Assembly (NCBI GenBank): GCA_964236475.1
Contig: CAXSED010000004.1
Location: forward strand, 5,890-69,889
Length of the DNA: 64,000 nt
Direction: 5' to 3'
Source of the DNA: an uncultured Chthoniobacterales bacterium
GTDB lineage: Bacteria; Verrucomicrobiota; Verrucomicrobiia; Chthoniobacterales; SZAS-18
A program made the position numbers and the translations under genes. Shown here one piece after another: positions 57,767-64,000 of this stretch. The notes under the pieces were generated by a model. That model was not told the origin of the DNA. It searched no databases and worked only from the letters and a program-made list of their open reading frames with translations. How positions within the stretch are numbered: position 1 is the stretch's first letter; the number at the start of each line of letters is the position of its first letter.

Positions 57767-58164
57767 CTAAGAAGTAGGGGTCGCTGTAGGACTGGCTGTT
57801 GGGCGAGCCGGAGGCGTACCGATCGGCTTGGGCGGAGGCGTACCACTTGAAGGCGTTCCCGACGGAGGCGTACCGGTCGGCGTAGGAGGTGGGCTGCCTG
57901 TCAGCGTCCCCGTGGGCTTGGGCGGTGGGCTGCCGGTCGGGGTGCCAATCGGTTTAGGGGGCGGACTGCCCGTTGGGGTGCCAGTTGGAGTGGCGGTCGG
58001 CGATGCCGAGGGCGAGGGACTAGCTGTTACGGCGGCTTTGGTTCGAGCCTGTGTACGCGCGCTGCTGGCCGTGGCACTGCTGCTTGCGCGGGTGACTGGA
58101 TCGCCGACGGCAGAAGTGTTGACGACAACCGCGCCTAACAGGGGAGCACCAAGAGTTTCTTCAT
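57767..58164 (-). pseudogene. Secreted Pro/Thr-repeat protein with a -1 frameshift in the signal peptide
   Basis: ATG 58164 MKKLLVLP, then TAG; adding one C at the 58141-58144 run gives MKKLLVLPLLGAVVVNTSAVG...(GTPTGSPPPKP)n, 132 aa. Confidence 0.7.
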
Positions 58165-58352
58165 AGAGTTTCTAATCGAGAGGTTTGTTGGAACGGAGTA
58201 ATTCCGTGGTCCTGATTTTCGCGGCCGATTGTAAGGATTGATGGGCCAAGCGCGGAGATTTGTAAAAAAGAGGCAATTTCCCTGTCCCACCGGGCACGAA
58301 CCGCGCCTGGATGTTCGTCATCATCACCTTGCTGATTAACCCGGCCACCTCT

Positions 58353-59149
58353 TCATCGGTTCAACTTGTAGGTGATCGGCACGTTCACCACCAAGTTGGG
58401 AGGGCCGACCCATTTGGCCCAGCCAAAGGCGACCGTATTGCCATCGAGCAGTTCAGAGCCCGTCGAAACGGTTATGGTCACCTTCGTGCATTGGCCCTTG
58501 TCATCGAACCACGCCTTAGCGTGCCCCTGGCCTGTGATGTGCAGGCGGGCCTCCTCCGGGTTAGGGAGGCGCGGCAAGCTGAAGATGCTCTGATGATGTG
58601 CCGGGCGTAGCGCTCACTGGTCCCTGAGCCCGGTTCAGCGGTAGGGCGCGAGTGGATCGTTCCCGGCCGGCCGCGTTCATGACCACCAGCCACCGCTGGT
58701 CGGCGATGTACGAGGCATAGGCTTGGCCATCTGCCCGTGCCCAAAGGGGGCCGTTGCCATCGTTGCCCGCGAACTTCCAAGGGCTGCCCCGCGAGAACTC
58801 GTCGAGCAGGGCTTGTTGCTCCCCCTCGGTGAGCACCAGCGGTTTGGTAGGAAGGGACGTTGTTTTGGAAAAGACGAACTGTTCTACGCGGTCCTGCTCA
58901 TCGAAGCCGACCATGGTAAACCAGCCTTTTTTCACGTAGCCGCGGCTGCGGGGGGTAGATCAACGCTTGGTCGCTCGTTACCACCGTTGGGTTGCCGTAG
59001 GCAACTTCGCACTCTTGGACAGTAGCACCAAAGCTGGCTGTGACGTTCGGCCTATGGGGCCAGTAGCCCAAAGCGAAAAGCGCCGCCAAGCTACCCACGA
59101 TGGCCCCAAGGATTGAGATATAAATCGTGACGGCTTTACGGATTGTCAT
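58353..59149 (-). pseudogene. Membrane-anchored protein with a C-terminal TonB_C-like domain, two +1 frameshifts
   Basis: Removing one base at 58950-58955 and one at 58561-58562 joins three frames; gives LAAPPYPEEARLHITG...STGSELLD...VPITYKL. Confidence 0.65.
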
Positions 59150-59234
59150 CGTGCCGCCGAAACGTCTAGCGGTTAGTTCTTCGGCGGACCAGCCAAAACG
59201 CGCTCGCGTCGGGCACAACCTACTCTCCCGGCTA

Positions 59235-60019
59235 AGAGGCTGTCTAATAAAGGTAGTTTGCCAGTCGTTTGGCCATGAGTTTCGACATGGCGATAAGCAT
59301 CATGGCCTCGCTGTTGACCTCGCATTCTTCGTAGTCTTTGACGAGCCGGCGGGTTTGGGTCAGCCAAGCGAAAGTATGCTCGATGATCCAACGGTGGGGC
59401 TGCACGGCAAAGCCCTTGACGCCCTCCTTGGCGCGCACGATCTCATAGCGGCAAACCACCTCGGGCAAGAGCACGGCGGCACCGGCGGGATCGCTGACGT
59501 TGGCCGGGGTGACGAGCCCCCCTAAGAGGAGGCCGAGGGTATCGACCGCCAGGTATCGTTTTCGTCCCAAGACCTTTTTGCCCGCATCATCGCCGCGCCT
59601 GCCTCGGTGGTGAGCGCACTGAACACTCTGCGCGTCGCAGTAGCGCAGCCCGGGGGGCTTCTTTTCCCGCTGCGCTGACGCAGCGCATCGCGCAAAGCGT
59701 CGTGCATCGCCAGCCACCGCTCAGCCTGCCGCCAGCGCATGAAGTAGTAGTACACGATGCGCCAGGGCGGCATCTCGCCAGGGAGCATGCGCCACGAACA
59801 GCCCGAGCGCACCACGTCGAAGATGGCGTTGAGGATCGCCCGCTTCTCGTAGCGCGGCCTGACACGGCCCAACTTGGCCGGGCCGGGAAGAAGCGGGCGC
59901 AGCACCTCCCACTCGGCGTTGGTCAGATCACTCGGGTAAAGGTTCGCGTTCGCGCTTGAGCATGCCAACGTCTGCCACGCCGAAAAACCGCCGCGAGCCC
60001 TACTTTTTAAACAGCCTCT
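59235..60019 (-). mobile_element. IS5-family insertion sequence relic with intact ends
   Basis: TIRs AGAGGCTGTCTAATAA / AGAGGCTGTTTAAAAA; YPSDLTNAEW (DUF4096), GKKVLGRKRYLAVDTLGLLL, RWIIEHTFAWL; frameshifts and a deletion of the WAD-x-GY segment. Confidence 0.9.
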
Positions 60020-60032
60020 TAGTGTCGGCGCA

Positions 60033-60523
60033 TTGGTCACGCTGCTGTGGCCGGAGCAAGATTATCCATTTCCCACGCACAGCATCAAGCTCCTGACTTG
60101 GGCTGGCCACCTTCGTGGATCCCGCGCGCATTACTTTGGCGGCCACAGTACAGGCAACGTGTTCGTCCTCCTGGCCGCCGTGAAAAGCTACGGCCCGAAG
60201 AACCTGTTCTACGACCTGAGTAACCCCAAGGAGTCGGAACTACGCTAACCCTGCGCTGGCTCGACGGCATCGTGAGTCCTACCTTCGTGTTCGAGGGCAT
60301 CAACCCGCCGAGTAACATTGCCGCCCTCAACACCCTGGCAAGGGCAATCCACAACGCCGCCGTTGATTTCTACCCCATTCCCGGAGCCACGCATTTCAGT
60401 GGGCTGCAACCCGTGTCGCGCCTGATCGCCCAGAAGACTTTGCATGACACCGGATCTACGCCAAACCTCGCTTCCACTGCTCAGGAAATTGCCACCGCTG
60501 TCAGCAAGCCGCCAAGCCCGTAA
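60033..60523 (+). pseudogene. Gene fragments abutting the IS right end, unassigned
   Basis: Two short protein-like frames (60033-60248 and 60272-60523) without clear starts. Confidence 0.3.
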
Positions 60524-60685
60524 AGAAGTTTCCCAACCTACGCTGGATCATGGCACCTGTACCAGGCAAATTGAGCCATGACGACCAAGTAGACCCTGTT
60601 TCTGTTGGAAACAAGCCTCCCACGGGAGGCACACTTGCTTTCCACCACACGTCTGGCGATCTTGCGACCTCACCCTTGAAAGGAA

Positions 60686-61198
60686 ATGATGCGTTACGCA
60701 GTCGAGCCAGACGGATTTTCGATGGTGTCCGGTGTCCTCGGGACCGTTGCACAACAAGAACTGCTGGACACCCTCGGTTCCGTGTCCGGTGCCGGACAAC
60801 GAGGAATTTTGGCCCTGCCCGCCGCGGCCGAATTGGCGCGTTCGCAGCCCCTGCTCAATCTAGTGTGCCCACACGTCACCCACGCACCTTTTCCGGTTCG
60901 GGCCATCTTCTTCGAAAAGTCATCCGAGGCGAATTGGCTCGTCTCCTGGACCAAGATTTGACGATCTCGTTGCGCTCGCGCGCCGAGATGCCCGGCTTCT
61001 GTCCCTGGAGCGTGAAAGACGGCGTGCCGCACGTCCAGCCACCGGTCGAGTTGCTGGAGCAGATGCTTACCGTGCGTCCGCTGCTGGCTCCATGCCTCGG
61101 GCCGTTCGACCAGCCCGGAACGCCACTGCCGCGTGCTGCACATCGAGTGCGCGGCGTTCATGCTGCCGGAAGAACTCCGCTGGCACGAAGCTCCCTGA
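60686..61198 (+). pseudogene. Phytanoyl-CoA dioxygenase (PhyH)-family pseudogene
   Basis: VRAIFFEK...NWLVSW[H]QDLTI, PHVQPP, LHAS...RVLHIE; missing C at ~60950, internal deletion at ~61075 and a further +1. Confidence 0.8.
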
Positions 61199-61216
61199 CG
61201 CCAAACAGATAGGCAG

Positions 61217-64000
61217 TTAGTGCCCGGAAGTGCTGCTGGTCTGCGAGACAATCACTCGATAAAATCCTTGCATGGCGGTGAGCGGATTGCCGTCCGTCAA
61301 AACGAGCGGGCCGTTGACGGTAGCCGCTTGCGGGACGCTGGAAGTGCCTACCCCTTGCCAGTCGGTCAGCGTCAGGCTAGTGGCGCGTTGCAGTTGATAG
61401 CTTAGCCCCACCAACCCGTTCACGGTCACTTGCACCGCCGCCGTCGAGCGCGCGATCTGAGTGATCTGCAACCCCGTTGCGTCGAGCACGACCCCACCTT
61501 TGCCAGTGACGATGTTGGCAGGTAAGACACCGTTCCAATGGCTGATGTCCACCACCCCATTGTTGGTGATGCTACCAGTAGCGGCGAGCGTTGCGGAACC
61601 CGTCAGCCGCAGGAAGCCGTTGTTGATCAGGTTGCCATTCACGCCCAGTTGGCCGCCCGCCACTTCGAGTAGCGCGCCCTGAGCGACCGTCACACCGACC
61701 GTGTGGAGCAGTGAGCCGGTGAGGCTCAAGGTTCCGGCGTTGACGACTGTGGTGCCCGCGAAAGGATTATTGCCTGCCAAGACGAGGGAGCCGGTACCCT
61801 GCATGGTCAGAGTGCCGTTGCCACTGATAGCGGCGGCGATGGTCAGCCCGCCCGATCCGGTGCCGTTGTAATTGGAGTAAACGGTGACGTTGCTGCCGGT
61901 CAACGCGAGCTGGCCCGCGATCAGGCCACCGGGAATATAGCCGTTGATCCCATTGGAAACGGAGAGCGTGCCCGCTTCAGTGGTCAGCGCACCGGAAACA
62001 CCCAGGTATGCCGCCGTCTGGTTGAACCCCGCCAAGTCGAATGTCGCCCCGGTGGCGACGCTGAGAGAACTGTTGGCCGTGAAGACGTTGCTGGCTCCGA
62101 GCCGCAGCGTGCCCACGTTCGCGTTAGCGGTGCTGAGGGTGGTTTGCCCCGCCATTACCAGCGTCCCTGCGCCGAGCTTGGTGATGCCCCCGGCGGACCC
62201 GGTGATCGCGCCGAGGGTAAACGTGTTGGTGGGGTCGGCGATGTCGAACCCGCTGTACCCGGTGCCAGAAGTAACGGGACGTGTAGTGGAGTGGAAAGTG
62301 TTACCGGTGATTTGCAGGGTTCCACTTTGTAAGGATACCCCACCGCCGGTCGCGCCGAGCGATGCGTCGGAAGAAACGCTCAACGTGCCCGCCGACAGGA
62401 CGGTGCCTCCGCCGTAGGAGTTGGTGCCATTCAGTACGAGGGTACCCGCGCCGAGTTTGGTCAGGCTACCGGTATTCGTCAGCGGTTGCCCGAGTGTGAA
62501 CGTGCCGTTGTAAACATTGAGCGATACATCGGGCGTCGAGAAGGTCAGTGCGTGGGTTAGCGAGGGAGCGGTGCTACCGTAGATTTGCAGACTGCCACCA
62601 CGCAGGACCACCGGATTATTCGCCGCGCCGAGTCCCGCGTCGGAGGTGATGTAAAGCGTGCCGCTGTCCACGTACAAACCACCCGAGAACGTGTTGTTGC
62701 CCGAAAGACTGAGCGTTCCCGTGCCTTCCATGAATACGCGGCCCGTGCCGCCGATGTTGCCCGAGAAAGTGCCGCCGCTGAGAGTCAGGTCGTAGCTGCC
62801 GAGGTCCACGGCTGCGCCAGTGTTGCCGTAATCGGACAGAGCGCCGATGGTTTCGTTCGCTGCCAGACGCAACGTTGCGCCTTGGGCGATGGAAACCGTC
62901 CCGGTGTCGGCCACCGCGTTTCCGCCTTGCAAGATCACGATGCCTTGCCCCACCGTGAGGTTGCCGCCCGAGGCGTTGTTGCCCGAAAGGGTCAACGTGC
63001 CGCCATCAGCCTTGTAGATCGCCGCGCTCGTGACGGTGCCGCTGATGAACGTGTCGCCGATGCTGAGCACGCCAAGGCTGCCGCTCCCGCTGACTGGTCC
63101 CGAGAGGGTTAGGGTGGTGCCTGCTGCCGCGCCGATCTGGGCCGACGAACCGACGGTTACCGGCCCAGCCCAAGTGTCGTTGCCCGTGTCGCTGGCGAGC
63201 GCCCCATTGGTGTTGGTGGAACCGCCCGCGCCGTAGCCAGGGGTGATGGTGCGGCCCGCGATGGTGATACCGCCGCGCAGTAGGACGGTGCCGCCACTGG
63301 CAACGACGGCGTTGCCTGCCGCGCCGAGTTGCGAGTTGTCGGTGATGACGAGGGTACCGTTCAGCACGTTGGTGGTGCCCGTGTAAGTGCAGCCAGCCGC
63401 AGGTAGCCAAACGTTGTTGCCTATTGTAAAGGAATTGTAGCCGTAAGTCACCGGGCCGCTGCCCACGATGGAGTTGAAGGTGCCAACCACATTGGTGGCC
63501 GCGCTCAGCAACGCCCCGCCGGAGCCAACGGTGATCGGGCGTGTTACCGTGACCGATTTGTTCAGCAACAGACCGCCGCCGTTCAGCAAGAGGGAACCCG
63601 AGGCCGCGCCAAAGTTGGCGTCGGTATTGTAAGGGACCAGTCCCGACTTGATGACAGTGCCGCCGGTGTACGTGTTGTTGTCTCCGAGGGTCTGCACGCC
63701 ACTGGCGTCGATTTGTACGACGATCCCTCCGCTGCCGCTGATCGTTCCGGTAAAACTGGGCGAAGCGTAACTGCCCGCCGCCGTCAACGTCAGAGTATTC
63801 GCGCCGAGCAAAATGGACCCGGTGCCGTTGAGGTACGTCACCGTAGGACTCAACCCGTTTAGATCGAAGACGCCGCCGGAGTTGACGATCAGAGCGCCGT
63901 TGTTAGCGATGGTGGTCGCGGAGGCCAATTTAAGCGTGCCGGAGTTGATGGTCAGCGAACCGGCGTTATAATTCGTGCCGCTCAGCAGCAGCGTTCCGGT
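61217..64000 (-). CDS. Large extracellular protein with autotransporter-associated beta-strand repeats (5' end outside window), no C-terminal beta-barrel
   Basis: Many LTKLGAGTLVLNGTNSYGGGT-type repeats; frame open to position 64000; ends YQLQRATSL..W..TD..FYRV. Confidence 0.9.
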   Translation of the reverse strand, partial: TGTLLLSGTNYNAGSLTINSGTLKLASATTIANNGALIVNSGGVFDLNGLSPTVTYLNGTGSILLGANTLTLTAAGSYASPSFTGTISGSGGIVVQIDASGVQTLGDNNTYTGGTVIKSGLVPYNTDANFGAASGSLLLNGGGLLLNKSVTVTRPITVGSGGALLSAATNVVGTFNSIVGSGPVTYGYNSFTIGNNVWLPAAGCTYTGTTNVLNGTLVITDNSQLGAAGNAVVASGGTVLLRGGITIAGRTITPGYGAGGSTNTNGALASDTGNDTWAGPVTVGSSAQIGAAAGTTLTLSGPVSGSGSLGVLSIGDTFISGTVTSAAIYKADGGTLTLSGNNASGGNLTVGQGIVILQGGNAVADTGTVSIAQGATLRLAANETIGALSDYGNTGAAVDLGSYDLTLSGGTFSGNIGGTGRVFMEGTGTLSLSGNNTFSGGLYVDSGTLYITSDAGLGAANNPVVLRGGSLQIYGSTAPSLTHALTFSTPDVSLNVYNGTFTLGQPLTNTGSLTKLGAGTLVLNGTNSYGGGTVLSAGTLSVSSDASLGATGGGVSLQSGTLQITGNTFHSTTRPVTSGTGYSGFDIADPTNTFTLGAITGSAGGITKLGAGTLVMAGQTTLSTANANVGTLRLGASNVFTANSSLSVATGATFDLAGFNQTAAYLGVSGALTTEAGTLSVSNGINGYIPGGLIAGQLALTGSNVTVYSNYNGTGSGGLTIAAAISGNGTLTMQGTGSLVLAGNNPFAGTTVVNAGTLSLTGSLLHTVGVTVAQGALLEVAGGQLGVNGNLINNGFLRLTGSATLAATGSITNNGVVDISHWNGVLPANIVTGKGGVVLDATGLQITQIARSTAAVQVTVNGLVGLSYQLQRATSLTLTDWQGVGTSSVPQAATVNGPLVLTDGNPLTAMQGFYRVIVSQTSSTSGH

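Noticed and set aside
60243-60270. CGCTAAC-CCTGC-GCTGG after a TAA stop as a second attC (similar weak starts near 48335 and 60535)
   Set aside because: Only the left half is present; no matching L' or R' boxes
43207-64000. Integrase gene and a tRNA-Tyr 3'-end direct repeat closing the island
   Set aside because: Neither was found by eye in the window; they may lie beyond 64 kb
1-64000. CRISPR array, rRNA, riboswitch or recognisable anti-phage defence operon
   Set aside because: No regularly spaced repeats or diagnostic motifs seen; short-period repeats at 38.4-38.9 kb and 57.8-58.0 kb are coding

Overview
GC-rich bacterial chromosome segment, probably Verrucomicrobiota (inferred from gene families, not from a marker gene). 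Region 1 (1-10.3 kb, minus strand) is an intact flagellar cluster: fliI-fliJ-motE/flbB-like-fliK-flgD-flgE-fliL-fliM-fliN-fliO-fliP-fliQ-fliR-flhB(start). It has no fliH ahead of fliI and carries a consensus sigma-54 promoter inside fliK. Region 2 starts at tRNA-Arg(ACG) and is a ~6 kb accessory block encoding a secreted NUC-IPT-LTD nuclease, a membrane-anchored helical-repeat protein and a NupC nucleoside transporter. Region 3 (17-43 kb) is housekeeping: livKHMGF, uvrD/pcrA, pheA, scpAB, YyaL, amino-acid and sulfate ABC parts, CBS-PPase, DUF6600, two PPIases and ygfZ. Region 4 starts at tRNA-Tyr(GTA), followed by an IHF-consensus site, and is a >20 kb mosaic island running off the window. Its intact genes encode a Maf/DUF115 glycosyltransferase, a STELLO/DUF288-like protein, GH43, GH31, an EF-hand protein, YidH and a large autotransporter-repeat protein lacking a barrel. 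Its decayed pieces are two inverted umuC tails, an attC-like site, an HNH remnant, an IS5 relic, and frameshifted TonB-fusion, Pro/Thr-repeat and PhyH genes. No CRISPR array, rRNA or integrase was seen. No single complete novel system is demonstrable; the best leads are ranked in the findings. All family assignments come from motif recognition by eye, not from database searches.
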